DNA from: Tetramitus jugosus | Taxonomy: Eukaryota > Protista > Heterolobosea | Assembly (NCBI GenBank): GCA_937625935.1 | Contig: OW569380.1 | Location: forward strand, 310,001 to 374,000 | Reading direction: 5' to 3' | Length of the DNA: 64,000 nucleotides | In this document: piece after piece, positions 11,201-22,666 of the stretch | Numbering within the stretch: position 1 is the first letter of the stretch | How the letters are laid out: every line of letters begins with the position of its first letter | Translations under genes and position numbers: made by a program | The notes under the pieces: model-generated | Told to the model about the DNA's origin: nothing | Databases searched by the model: none | The model's input: only the letters and a program-made list of their open reading frames with translations

Positions 11201-12420
11201 TTGGTGTTACTATCGAGCAACTAACGAAAAGGAGACAAGAATTATCGAATGCAGGGCTGAAATATGATAATATTATAATAGGAGATGCAGATCTACTCAT
11301 GGATGTTGAAACCACAATTCCTTCTCTCCTGAGTATGTCTAGTAGTCTGAAGAGAATGATTATAGTAGGCGATTCAACACGAAACGTTCCAACGAACCAT
11401 TTCCGGTCCTATAGTCATATCAGTCAGAGTCTATTCGCTCGTCTTTTGCGCCTTGGTTCTCTCGATCCAATACGACTGGATGTTCAATTCGATACTAATC
11501 CAGATATTACAACAATTTTATCACGAGAGGATAGACCTCTACAAAACATCTCCTCAGAAATCACCCATAACCCAGGTATTAAATACCCGTATCAGTTTAT
11601 TCAGGTGGACGAATTTAGAGGAGTGGGAGATTCACAAGTCCGGCCAGGAATATATCAAAATTTGGGTGAAGCCGAGTATATTGTTGCAATGTACATGTAC
11701 ATGAGGTTGATTGGACATCCAAAGGATAGCATAACGATTCTTGCCACGACACAAGCTCAAGTTCATCTGATCAATGACGTATTGAACTATCGGTGTAAGA
11801 CTATTCCTATCTTTGGTTTACCTCGTGAAGTCAGGACCACTTTCAGTTGGACAAGCACGAATGACTTTGTGCTTCTATCTCTCGTTCGAACAGATATCGA
11901 CAGCAACACTCAATTCATTCGAAACCAAAATCACATTCTCTATGCCATATCATCAAGCAAGCGTGGTTTTTACATGTTTGGAAACGAACACTTCCTCAGC
12001 AAATGTCTCGAACTGGCTCCAATATATCGTATGCTGACATCCAGTGGTGAGAGATCCTCCAAGTTGCATCTGATACCGAGCGAAAAGACTGGAACTACCC
12101 GCACAGATGACTCTGAAGTGAAACAGATTACTTCTGTTGAAGAATTGGGTCAACTCGTTCATCAAATGACTCAAACTGCAATCGTTGAGTTGTCAAAGCA
12201 ATATCTAACAGGTGAAACATTGCCAGCAGATGATCAAACCAAAGAAGAAGCAGAAACGACAAGCATGAGCGACGATGAGGACGATGACAATGACAGTGTT
12301 CATGACTCTGACTCTGACAAAGAGCACGATACTTTTGACAGCAATGTTGTTACCACACAGATCCCACCAGAAGAAGAAACCAACACTGACAACGTCATGC
12401 AAGATGTTGAGTTTGAATAA
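8235..12420 (+). CDS. AQR: Intron-binding spliceosomal helicase Aquarius, divergent, 2 exons
   Basis: Intron 8563-8650 (GTATGT..CAG) joins the ORFs in frame. AQR motifs: LESKYYLE, FLINCFQSL, YCERVVELLIDLLSQISTRKY, PKVNLQFL..SDYLSRYFELYR, LGRVNFLL, YQNLGEAEYIVAMYMYMRLIGHP. Confidence 0.93.
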
Positions 12421-12536
12421 AACTACCTCTCCCAAATGACTTGCCTCTGCCTCTGACGCAATTGAGAAGGAATTCCAAAAAAAGATTCGGTTCTCTTTCC
12501 AAAACAAAAGGCCAGAACAAAAACACAACAGCAACC

Positions 12537-13007
12537 ATGGCAAAAAAAAATAAATCATCTCGTGACCGGTTATTCGGCAACATCAACAATGACAAGACAC
12601 GATACTCGCCATTGACTCAATTCGATGAAGACGATGACAACAATACGAATAACAATGGCACTTATCATCATGCAAACAACAACAACAACGATCCTGACCA
12701 TATTCAGATACAGATTGATAGACAAGATGCAGCACTTGCACAACAAGATCAAGCACTTGATCAGTTGAGTGATTCATTGATGAGGATCAAATCGATTGCT
12801 GCATCGATTGGAGACGAGTTGGACACGCAGAAACCAATTCTCGAGGGAATGGAGTATGATGTGGAGCGGACACAGACGAATTTGAATCGAATGACACGGA
12901 GGTTGGACAAGTTGTTGAACAGTGGAGGGAATGGCGGTAAAATATGTATCATCATTGTGTTGGTGATTGTGTTGGCATTCCTGTTGTTTGGTGTTGTGAA
13001 TTTGTGA
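12537..13007 (+). CDS. Qc-type SNARE (syntaxin-6/8-like) with C-terminal TM anchor
   Basis: SNARE heptads QQDQALDQLSDSLMRIKSIAASIGDELDTQKPILEGM with zero-layer Q; C-terminal hydrophobic anchor; likely ATG at 12537. Confidence 0.88.
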   Translation: MAKKNKSSRDRLFGNINNDKTRYSPLTQFDEDDDNNTNNNGTYHHANNNNNDPDHIQIQIDRQDAALAQQDQALDQLSDSLMRIKSIAASIGDELDTQKPILEGMEYDVERTQTNLNRMTRRLDKLLNSGGNGGKICIIIVLVIVLAFLLFGVVNL

Positions 13008-13222
13008 GAGCACACCACATTTCTCTCTGGTGTGATAAAATTCTCATTGTACAAAATGTAAAAAATACTTGTGTGTGTGGTGTTTGAATAAACATGCATC
13101 AATTGATTAATGATAGGAGCAGAGATAGTGTTTTAATAATATTAAGTTATTTCGAATGAGTTGTTGGTAGTGGTACAATTGAACTTTGTTATTCCTGGGT
13201 TGTATTGATTCCTTGTCTGTCA

Positions 13223-14914
13223 TTACACTTCAAGAGTCGAATCCAAGACTTCGCTAATCATGTCATTGACCAATGTCTTATCGGGCAAACTGACAGCAAG
13301 ACCATACATGGGTGCCATTCCTGATTCTGACTGGATCAATTTGTTCTTCACTTCATGCACTGATTCCTTCAGATCCTTGATGAATTGTTCGGCCATTCCA
13401 GAGTTGTTTGGTGTGACACAGAGATGCACACTGACTGGATACTGGAGACAATTGAGTGACCATCCACGATGAGACATGCGATCATTCACTTGGAAAACAT
13501 TGACCGTCTTGGACGCAAAAGCAATGACCATTGCCTTTGGTTCTCCACAGACTTCCAATTCAGGAATTTGCTCGCTAATGGCCTTCTTGATAGTCTGTAG
13601 GGAATTAATAATCTTTCTGGTGCTTTCGAGGTACCCTCTCTCACCCATGTGAATCATACTTGCCCAACATGTGGCAATCTGAGCACCAGAGCGACTTCCA
13701 GCCATGGATGGTGATGCATAAATACCTCCGGTCCATGCTGGACACAGGAAATACATGTGCTTTCTGAGATCCTTGTTGTGGAACATGACAACAGAACTAC
13801 CCTTGGTTGCTAATCCATACTTGTGAGTATCGGCAGAGATACTTGTCACTCCCTTGACTGAAAAATCAAAATTTGGAATATCGAAACCTAACTTTTTAGC
13901 AAATGGAAGAACGAAACCACCGAGACAGCAATCGACATGCAGTCCAACCTTGTGCTTGAGTGCCAACTCTGCCAATTGCTCTACAGGATCGATTGTTCCC
14001 TGAGGGAAATTAGGAGCGCTCGCAATGATTGCAATCGTGTTCTTGTTGATCAATTTCTGAACGTGTGATGGTTCCACTTGGAAAGTTGTCTGATTTACAT
14101 CAACGTGCACAAGTTTGATACCAAAGTAGTGACAACCCTTATCAAATGCTGCATGCGCAGTCTTTGGAGCAATAATCTCAGGATATTTGATCCATGGCTT
14201 CAACGCACGTGCCTCATCTCTATACGCCTTCAATGCCATGAGAATACTCTCTGTTCCACCACTGGTCATTGCACCACAAACTTCCTCTGATCCATTCAAC
14301 ATTGCAATGGTCATCTGAACGACTTCAGCCTCAAACTTCTTTGTAGACAAAAACACGTCATAATGCAACGGATTCGTGTGCATAAACATTGCATAGGTTC
14401 TTGCCAACAAATCACCATGTTTCTCTTCTTCGTTCTCTCCCACCAGCACCGAAGTAGACAATTCTCCACTGCTTGACACTGCATGCATATACACTGTTCC
14501 CGACAATTTATCCGACACTCTGTCCTGATCCTTAATTTTTTGTAAACGAGACAAAAGTTCTTGTGCTGGAGTGCCGTCCAATGGCAAACACAACACTCTT
14601 TCATCATCCTGAATCTTTGGCAATGAATCCTTGACCTTTCTCTTCATCTCTTCCTTTTGTTCGTTCAACTTTGAACCAATGCCAGGAGCCTTCTCCAACA
14701 ATTTCATCATATTCTTGAACAACAATCCCTTGAGACCTTGAGGATGCTCTCTTGATGCTTCCATGAGCTTATTGGCACCATAGAACAGAATGAGTGAACT
14801 GGTGGCACTGGTCAAGATGAGTGTCAATGGCTTGGTGCCACTGTCAGATACACGATCATTGATTGAATCAATCAAACTTTGAACTGTCGTTTGAATGGAC
14901 GACGATGATGACAT
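13223..14914 (-). CDS. SGPL1: Sphingosine-1-phosphate lyase (PLP-dependent)
   Basis: SGTVY, NPLH.DVF, TSGGTESI, LHVDCCLGGF, SISADTHKYG (PLP lysine), GSRSG, YG motif; N-terminal TM segment; likely ATG at 14914. Confidence 0.96.
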   Translation of the reverse strand: MSSSSSIQTTVQSLIDSINDRVSDSGTKPLTLILTSATSSLILFYGANKLMEASREHPQGLKGLLFKNMMKLLEKAPGIGSKLNEQKEEMKRKVKDSLPKIQDDERVLCLPLDGTPAQELLSRLQKIKDQDRVSDKLSGTVYMHAVSSSGELSTSVLVGENEEEKHGDLLARTYAMFMHTNPLHYDVFLSTKKFEAEVVQMTIAMLNGSEEVCGAMTSGGTESILMALKAYRDEARALKPWIKYPEIIAPKTAHAAFDKGCHYFGIKLVHVDVNQTTFQVEPSHVQKLINKNTIAIIASAPNFPQGTIDPVEQLAELALKHKVGLHVDCCLGGFVLPFAKKLGFDIPNFDFSVKGVTSISADTHKYGLATKGSSVVMFHNKDLRKHMYFLCPAWTGGIYASPSMAGSRSGAQIATCWASMIHMGERGYLESTRKIINSLQTIKKAISEQIPELEVCGEPKAMVIAFASKTVNVFQVNDRMSHRGWSLNCLQYPVSVHLCVTPNNSGMAEQFIKDLKESVHEVKNKLIQSESGMAPMYGLAVSLPDKTLVNDMISEVLDSTLEV

Positions 14915-15376
14915 GTTATGTATGATATTGTTATTGTTGTTTTTGGTTGTCTTGATAATTTGTTGTGGTGATTGGAAAACAGCTGTTCCCGCATCAGGCA
15001 TTTGGGGATTTTTCACAGCGGACGATCCAACTCCCCCTGAATAAACCGGAACAATGAATCGACGATCCAGGTATGATGGAATTCCACCTGGTGGAATGCA
15101 AAAATAAAGAATAGATCAACCTGCAGCTGTCTGATGACACATGAGCTCTTTCAAGTAACTGGTGTTTAATGAGAATTGGATAATAATTATGTAGGATGTG
15201 ATGGATTGTTGTTGTTGTTGTGTGCTTCTGAATCTGTGACTTTAGACGACCAGATTGATTCACAACTGTTGCAATCTCACCAAATAGACAATCAATATAT
15301 GCATGTGTTCATATGTGCGATATTCGTGGTGAATGGATGGTGTTGAATGAACCAATATATACATCTTGCCATCTTC

Positions 15377-16502
15377 TTATTGATTCTTCAACAACAGAGC
15401 AAACAAGTCGGTCAATGAGATGACACCCACCATTTGCATTTCATCGTCCATGATAAATATTCTGTGTACATGGGTCTTATCAATTCGATCAACAACATCT
15501 TCCAGTGTAGTGCTGAGCTTACAGAACACAACAGAGTCAATATCATTGGACTGTTGCTTCTTTTCCTTTGCAAAATTCTTGAATTGCAACACTGTCAATC
15601 CCAACACATGGAAATCCTCTCCCAAAAATCCCTGTAGATCCGATGCGCTCAAAACTCCGACCAATCGACTGGCATTCGAGTCAAGAATACCGACTGCGCT
15701 GACACCATTGTCTGCAATGTGCTTGAATGCGTCAATGGCCAATTCGTCTTCCTTGACTGCAAACATGGAATTCACATTGCCTCTGACTCCCAAATTGAGC
15801 TCTTCGACAGTCTTCTTCTTGAGTGGTTCGTACAAGGTGGTTTCATTCTTGAAAAAGTGACGGAACATGAACATTTGAGAGAGGATAAAGATGACGTGAC
15901 CATTGTTGTCAACAATTGGAATTCTGTGCAATCCAGTACCAAACTTTTCCAAAACTTGTCTCTTGGAGGCAGATGTTGGCATTGGGACATATGGGTTCTT
16001 GGTTGACAAATCTAATCAAATCATCATCAGATAATGGATCACACACACACATATGTAATTATCATTAGTGAGTGAATGGAAGAGTGAGTATATGATGATC
16101 CAACACACGTACACGTCATGAAACAACAAATGAAATTTTCACCACCAACAACAACAAAAAACAACAACAACTCGGCCACCGAGAGAAGACATGTAGATCA
16201 AATACTAGTGAGTACATACCCATAACAGATTCAACCTTTTGGACATCAAATGAAAATTGAAGCACATAATTCTTGAATTGAGATTCTTGTTTGGTAGCAA
16301 AGTATGTCTCTCTTGCAAAAGTAGCCATATCCAAGACATCAATCAAACCAATACACTTTTCAGTATTGTTCACTTGCTTGTACACTGGTGCGGAGAGAAT
16401 GTTGTGAGTGGCGAGGAATTGAAGTGCAGTTTTCAAGGAATCTTCACTCTTCAAGGAGTGAATTTCAGTTGGTGTAATGACAGATTGAATAGATGTGTCC
16501 AT
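15377..16502 (-). CDS. Tandem CBS-domain protein (AMPK-gamma/SDS23-like), 2 exons
   Basis: Intron 16012-16219 (GTATGT..TTAG) restores the frame. CBS motifs NILSAPV..GLIDVLD, LHRIPIV..ILSQ, VSAVGIL..GVLSASDL, VHRIFIM..GVISLTDL. Confidence 0.88.
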
Positions 16503-16696
16503 TATTTGTTGGTCTTTGTTTGATATTGTTGTTGTTTGTTTGGAGGGATCAAATCGTGTTTGCTTTTTTTATTTTGGCTTTTGGCGGGTGCTACTTTTTG
16601 CCGATGTCTCTCCAGCTGCGGGTGTGTGATCAATCCCTGTGAATTTCACAGGAAGAAGATACTTTGCAGAGTTTTTGTGCATCTCGTGTGCAGAAA

Positions 16697-17548
16697 TCAT
16701 TTTTGGGTAGATGGGTTGCCAGTTCGAAAGAGAGACAATGGGAGATCAATAATGATAGGTTCCTGATCCTCGTATGGCATGGCACCATTGCTGTACAGTA
16801 TTCCATCTTGTCTCATGGTTCCATGGTACTCGTGCACATGACCAAAGCAATGTAGCTTCAAGTTGCACTTGCCCAGGGATTTGGTCTTATTTAGTAGAAC
16901 TTCATCTCCCCAGTGCCTTCCATTGTGAACTTGTCCACATTTTCGGCAATTATACTTTTCCATTTGATCCTTACAATACGCGATGTCCATGATGCATCGC
17001 GGTGGCATATGACTGATCAGAATCTGGGTACTATCTGGAATTCGGTTGAATCGATCAGCAATGTATTCACTACTGCCGGCAGAGAAACCCATATTCCTAC
17101 TTGAGGTCCATGGAGTACCATAAAATTGAATATCTACGCCAGAGCCCAATGCATTGCGCAAGGTGTAGCCAGAGTCTTGCAAGTAAGTGGCATTTGTAAG
17201 GTATTTGGATTGAATATCAGATGCAGAAACATTGTGCAGATTCAACTCATGATTACCAGCAATCACAAGCTTTGTTGGTATGTGGTCCCATGTCTTCAAC
17301 AGTTGATTGAATCGCAACATGGAGTTGGGAACTTGGTCCTTTGGTAAATCGTACCAATCTCTCTTGTGTGTAAAGTCACCTGAATGGATGAGAACATCAC
17401 CGTATGGCATCCCTTCAACCTTGGAACACTTTTGAACAAAGTGTTCATTGTGGGTGTCGCTCATGTGAAGAATTCGAATGAAGTCTCTTGGGTGGTTCTT
17501 GATATCTTTGAGTTGGCTGTCTGTCCAGCTCTTGTCATGTGATGGCAT
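16697..17548 (-). CDS. Calcineurin-like metallophosphoesterase (MPPED/239FB-like)
   Basis: All five motifs present: SDTH, HSGDF, AGNHE, SHMPP, FGHVHE. Confidence 0.92.
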   Translation of the reverse strand: MPSHDKSWTDSQLKDIKNHPRDFIRILHMSDTHNEHFVQKCSKVEGMPYGDVLIHSGDFTHKRDWYDLPKDQVPNSMLRFNQLLKTWDHIPTKLVIAGNHELNLHNVSASDIQSKYLTNATYLQDSGYTLRNALGSGVDIQFYGTPWTSSRNMGFSAGSSEYIADRFNRIPDSTQILISHMPPRCIMDIAYCKDQMEKYNCRKCGQVHNGRHWGDEVLLNKTKSLGKCNLKLHCFGHVHEYHGTMRQDGILYSNGAMPYEDQEPIIIDLPLSLFRTGNPSTQK

Positions 17549-17812
17549 TTATCTTTAGTATACTACAGGTTATCTCGCTTTTTGTTTTTCTTGTTTCATG
17601 CACAGAACTTTCTCAAGGAGGCTTTTCCCTTCGGAACGTTTCCCTCCAAGTTCCAAGTCACACGGGGTAATTCATTCCAAGGCTAAAAACACTTTTTCGC
17701 GAGGACCAAAAAACGCTAGTCGAAAATTGTCATCTTCGGAGGATAAGCGCACTCAAAAGAAGAGAGCGCTTAACAATCATTCAAACACAACCAAACAATC
17801 AATCAAATCATC

Positions 17813-18571
17813 ATGAACACATATTCATTTATTAAACCAGTGGAATCACTGCAAACAATCAATCAACAATTGTACACAAAAGACCTCAAAAAAGTCATTC
17901 AAGATCAAATTCTTCCACTCAGCAACAACAACAACACCAATGATACATCATCATCATTTCAACTCGTCTCTCAATCCGATCAACAAAATGCAAAATTAGA
18001 AATGATACAATCGAACGACTCTGTCAACACTTATCGAGTCACCGGAGAATTATATCGCACATCCATTGAACAAGTGTTTGATTTGTTGTGGAAGTTGGAG
18101 AATTCGATTCCGTTGAGTGGATCATTGGAGCAGTGTGATTTGTTGAATGAGTTTGTAATGAATTTTGGTGGTCAATTGTTGACTGGTTGTGATAGTGATC
18201 AATCGTGCGTGATTCAACTGCTGTATCATGCGCATAAATCACCTGGATTCATGATCTCTGCGAGAGATTTTCTATTGATTCGAACAAATGTGGATCTCGT
18301 GTTGTCAAACGGACAAAAAGCAAAGTGCATTGCAAGTACGAGTGTGACACATGGTATGGCAGGTGAAAGACCAAAGTTTGTTCGAGGTTCACTGCACTTT
18401 TCCGGTTACATTCTGAAACAAAGTGAGGATAAGCCTGGCACCGTAGAAGTCACGTATGTCATCAAGTCGGATCCACGTGGTTCATTGCCATCATGGGTGT
18501 TGAGCATGGCCAACAAGACATTGATTGGCAAGTTTGTTGAACTGCAGGCACATATTGATCGAATGAATTAA
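17813..18571 (+). CDS. START-domain lipid-binding/transfer protein
   Basis: ISARDFLLIR, FVRG....SGYIL, VTYVIKSDPRGSLPSWVL are START signatures. Confidence 0.9.
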   Translation: MNTYSFIKPVESLQTINQQLYTKDLKKVIQDQILPLSNNNNTNDTSSSFQLVSQSDQQNAKLEMIQSNDSVNTYRVTGELYRTSIEQVFDLLWKLENSIPLSGSLEQCDLLNEFVMNFGGQLLTGCDSDQSCVIQLLYHAHKSPGFMISARDFLLIRTNVDLVLSNGQKAKCIASTSVTHGMAGERPKFVRGSLHFSGYILKQSEDKPGTVEVTYVIKSDPRGSLPSWVLSMANKTLIGKFVELQAHIDRMN

Positions 18572-18640
18572 CAATAGTTCAGAGAATAAAAAGTTTATCA
18601 CTGTAGTTTTTTATATAATGCAGAATACAATTCAATTTGC

Positions 18641-20412
18641 TTAAGCAGCAAAGGCAGATGACTTACCGTCAATGCCGTTGAATATCCAGGTGTTGTTCAA
18701 GACGATACGTTGCTTGGTGCACAACTTGATCAACTCTTGACCACCAACACCACCAATCAGAGATGAAATATTGTGCAATTCAGCAGCACCAAATCTCACA
18801 GTTTCCTTTGTGTACTTTTCCCAGTCTAATTCAATATCAGTCACCTCCAATTCCTTGACAAGATCCTTGACGATCACAAAGAGCTTCTCAACTTCATCAT
18901 CAACTTCAACACTACCGGATTGACCTGGATAGGATCCATACTTTTCAAAGAATGTATCAACAGCACGCAACATAATATACCATGGCACAGTGGAGTCAGG
19001 GTTCCACAATTGAGATTGAATCTCTTCCTTGTTAGGCTCCTCTAGTTCCTGATCTAGTGATCTCAAGTGGAACACACGCAAATAGTTGGCATTCTTGCAG
19101 AATTCCTTGACATCCATTTCACTGATGCTGTTCTCCTTTCTGCCTGTTTCCTTCAACTTCTCATCCAAATACTTCTTCACACATGTCATATCACTTCTTG
19201 ACTTTTTTCTGTAAATGCTCTGCAACTTGATGTATCTGTCAGTGTCAGAGTGCAAATCAGGCAATCTTCCCTGGATTGGCAGTGTTCCTTGTCCTTCATT
19301 CTCTACGAATTGCTTGACAGCATTGGCCAAGAACCAAAAATCAGAGGAATCAGCAGTCAAGTTGTTGCACAATGGATCGTCAAACACTTGTTGCACCTCA
19401 GATGGAATCTCTGGTAAAATACATGCCTGGAAGTACTTGTTTGATGCTTCCTGGAAGTTCTCGCTCAACAAGAGTGTACCAGCTCTAGTATCTACCATAT
19501 TCTTAAAGTCCATCTTGTCTTCTCTGCTCGTTGGCAATCTTCCATTCTTCATCTTCCATTCGCGAACCAAGCGAATCAAGATAACAGGATAAGGAGTGTG
19601 AGATCGAGTCTTCTCATCCATGGCGTCCAAGTCTTGGCTCTCACAGAACTTGAGTAGTTCGGGCCATGGATTGGACAATCTCAAATCTTCAATCTCCTGA
19701 TCCAGCTTTGCCTCAACAACCTCGTGTGACTTTGCAATGATTCTAATATAGCCAATCATGCCATACGATCTCACCACAACCAACACCTTGTTCTTCTCTT
19801 GGCAATACTTTGAAAATTTCTTCAACGTTGGCAAGTCCATGTTGCTAGCCACAATCATATTGAACGGTTCAAAGAACTCTGGCTTGTTTTCGAGTACTTC
19901 AGCAGGATCCTTCTCACAGAACGTACCAGTCACCTCAGGATTCATCTCAGCCAACGTTGTTGTCACGTTCTCTGCTCTGCTCTTGCCATATCCTTCACTT
20001 GTTACAAAAAAGTTGACACCCAAATCTCTGGCATCAACTTTTCTGCCATCGACAACTGAAAACTTGCTGAATCCAGGTAGAATAATGTTCTTGAGTACTT
20101 CTGAACCGACAGATGATGCATTCAGGAGACATACGTTGGCATTATCGATGCGATCTTGTCCATGAACACCCCATAGACTATATGGACATGACAACCGACG
20201 TGTATATAAACAATTTGGAGAAAAATGAACATTTTTCATCAAGGAAAAAAAAATGGAGAGAGTGAGTATTGCCCGGCTGTCTCATCAAAAGACACAAAAA
20301 AATAATGATGAGATACGTACCGCAATTGACGATCATTTCTTTCCTTCCATTTGGATCCTACGTCAGGAAAGTCGTTTATTGCAGGAGAAACTGGAGATAA
20401 TAGATAGGACAT
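18641..20412 (-). CDS. NAE1: NEDD8-activating enzyme E1 regulatory subunit (APPBP1/AXR1/Ula1), 2 exons
   Basis: Exon 1 (20412-20321) plus intron 20178-20320 (GTACGT..TAG) gives NDRQLR|LWG. Also EVLKNIILPG, DLRLSNPWPEL, HTPY, LPDLHSDT..YIKLQ.IY, ELHNISS..GG..QELIKL. Confidence 0.96.
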
Positions 20413-20766
20413 GATATTCTATACAATATGTCGTTTGTTTGTTGTTGGTTGTTTTTTGATGATTGTTTTTTTTTGAGGTGAAAAAGAGCTTTGGAACTTG
20501 CAAAAACAATTACAATTTCACGCCAAAATGTTCACAAAACAAAGTTCCTACACGGAAAACTTTTTCATGACACTTCAAAGATGAACTTGTCTTGATCTTT
20601 GATTTGGTTGTGAAAAAATGTCTTCGTTAACAGCATTTATAATCATATTGTGCTTTCATGAATGCTTTGGATAAAAGGTTCCTTTTTTTACGGTTTTTAA
20701 TATTGTACTATGATAGGTTACAAAAAGTGTGCAAATGCATGAGAGAGAGTTGCTCTAGCTGCAAAA

Positions 20767-21501
20767 TTACTCTTGCTTCTCTTGCAATTTGGCTTGCAAT
20801 TGCTTCTTGACATTGGCTGGGAGACCAGTCTTCTTCTTTTGCTTCTTGATTTGACCAGTGGTGAGAGAAGCATTTCCCTTTCTCATGGATTGAACTTGAT
20901 CAATCAATTCCTTACCCTCGTTCAAATACCAGAAATAAGAGTATTGGATTGCGTAGGCCAACAAGAACAAGAGATATGGTGTGTTAATGTAGGATGCAAA
21001 CTTGAGTACTCCGTTGAATTGAGTAGAGGTGAACATGGCAACACCAATCAAGGTAAACAAGTTCAACAATGCCAATGACAAGTCCTTGACCCAGTAGAAG
21101 CTGACAGAGAACAAAACATTGACCAACATGTGAAGTGCGTAGACAGTCAATGCACGATTCCATTCCTTTCCACCATGGACATATACGAGCCATGAGGAAA
21201 GACCGAGTGGAATGTACAGGGCCAACCATGCCTGAACAGTCAAAATCTCTGGAATGTTCAATTTTCCACCTCTCTTTAGCTTTCTGTACCAGTCAGATTT
21301 AATGCCTTGGTTTCTTGCGAATAAGAAGATGAGGGCGGCCAAAAATACAGCACCAAATGCAGCAGCAAATGACAAATAATTCTCTGCAAGTACGCTTGGA
21401 GTCACGTACCACTCGGATGGTTGGAACAAGTACTCCCAACTGACGTCAGGTTGTTCAAAGTGAGACAATTGTGGATCAAAGATTGGTGCGTCGTCTGCCA
21501 T
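20767..21501 (-). CDS. TSPO: TspO/MBR family translocator protein, divergent
   Basis: Five hydrophobic helices; WYRKLK, W.ALY...GLSSWLVY, L.VY..HMLVN..FS..F, PYL; likely ATG at 21501. Confidence 0.78.
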   Translation of the reverse strand: MADDAPIFDPQLSHFEQPDVSWEYLFQPSEWYVTPSVLAENYLSFAAAFGAVFLAALIFLFARNQGIKSDWYRKLKRGGKLNIPEILTVQAWLALYIPLGLSSWLVYVHGGKEWNRALTVYALHMLVNVLFSVSFYWVKDLSLALLNLFTLIGVAMFTSTQFNGVLKFASYINTPYLLFLLAYAIQYSYFWYLNEGKELIDQVQSMRKGNASLTTGQIKKQKKKTGLPANVKKQLQAKLQEKQE

Positions 21502-21848
21502 TTTGTTTTTTTCAATGGTTGTTGTTGGTTGTTGTCGAAATCGATTGTTGATCTTGTTGTTTTTTCTCGGTGTTCGTGTGAGTTGCAGCAGTTTCCACTC
21601 GAATTGGAGCGCTCTCGCATTTTTTTCATGCTGTGGTGGCATGCTTACAATGGAAATATTTGTTGTAACCACCTTCGGAGATTAAACATGGTGTGACGTG
21701 TACCGCTGGTGCCAAAAACAAAGGTATGGATGATCGATCAGCAAATCAGATAGGACTTGTTGAGTGATGAGTGATGATTGAACTGGTATTCATAGACTTG
21801 TGATCCAGTTCTATTTCACATGATCATGTGATCTAGATGAAATCGTGA

Positions 21849-22616
21849 ATGGTATCAACCAATGAACAAATCCCTGCAGTATATTTTCGCGCCCATTTCC
21901 GTGGCTACGAAACGGTTGAATGCTTGAAATACTGGGCAGCTTCATCACATCCACAGCAAATGTCATCTCCACTTCGTGATCGGATGTCAGCGGTAACAAT
22001 TGATGATCCATGTGAGGATACAACCTATGAGCACTTCGATGAAGAAAACGAAGCTCCATCTCATGTGATCTACCAGTCCTCAGCGCCCAGATCTCATGTT
22101 CAAGTCATAAATTCATTGCAGAACAACATTATGATCTTGGATGCTGAATTGATGCAGATTGAGCAAGATCTGTTGATTCAGCAACGCATGATCAAGAAGT
22201 ACGGTGCTGCCGAAGGGCATGAAAAAGGAGAGAAGAGACTCCTGTTTCTCAAGCATCAAAAAGAGAACTCAAGGGTTCAATTGTTTAATCAATTGGAGAG
22301 AGTAGAAAAAGCTATTCGAGGATCTCACAAGTTAGCAAGAGACTTGGAAGAGTCACAGATGAAAGAAGAGCTGAGAAATGCCAGACGACAACAAGAAAGA
22401 CAAAAACGACTCGGTGCTGTTGGTGTTCAACTCGGTCAACTTCGCTCTGATCCAACTGCTCGGTTGTTCGAAGTGTCACAGAATGAAGAAGGATCACCTA
22501 CGCGGACATCTCTCTCACAAATGGACCTTAGTACTTCGGATCCAACGAGCTTGGAGGATCGACTGAAGGCAGCTTCACCAATATTGTCTCACAGAGCAAA
22601 GAAAAAGATTCGATAA
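21849..22616 (+). CDS. Coiled-coil protein of unknown function
   Basis: 255-aa ORF rich in E/Q/K/R heptads; no recognisable domain; start uncertain. Confidence 0.6.
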   Translation: MVSTNEQIPAVYFRAHFRGYETVECLKYWAASSHPQQMSSPLRDRMSAVTIDDPCEDTTYEHFDEENEAPSHVIYQSSAPRSHVQVINSLQNNIMILDAELMQIEQDLLIQQRMIKKYGAAEGHEKGEKRLLFLKHQKENSRVQLFNQLERVEKAIRGSHKLARDLEESQMKEELRNARRQQERQKRLGAVGVQLGQLRSDPTARLFEVSQNEEGSPTRTSLSQMDLSTSDPTSLEDRLKAASPILSHRAKKKIR

Positions 22617-22666
22617 GGATTTGTTGGACAATGTGTCTGCACGACATAAACAAGTGTATTATTTTG

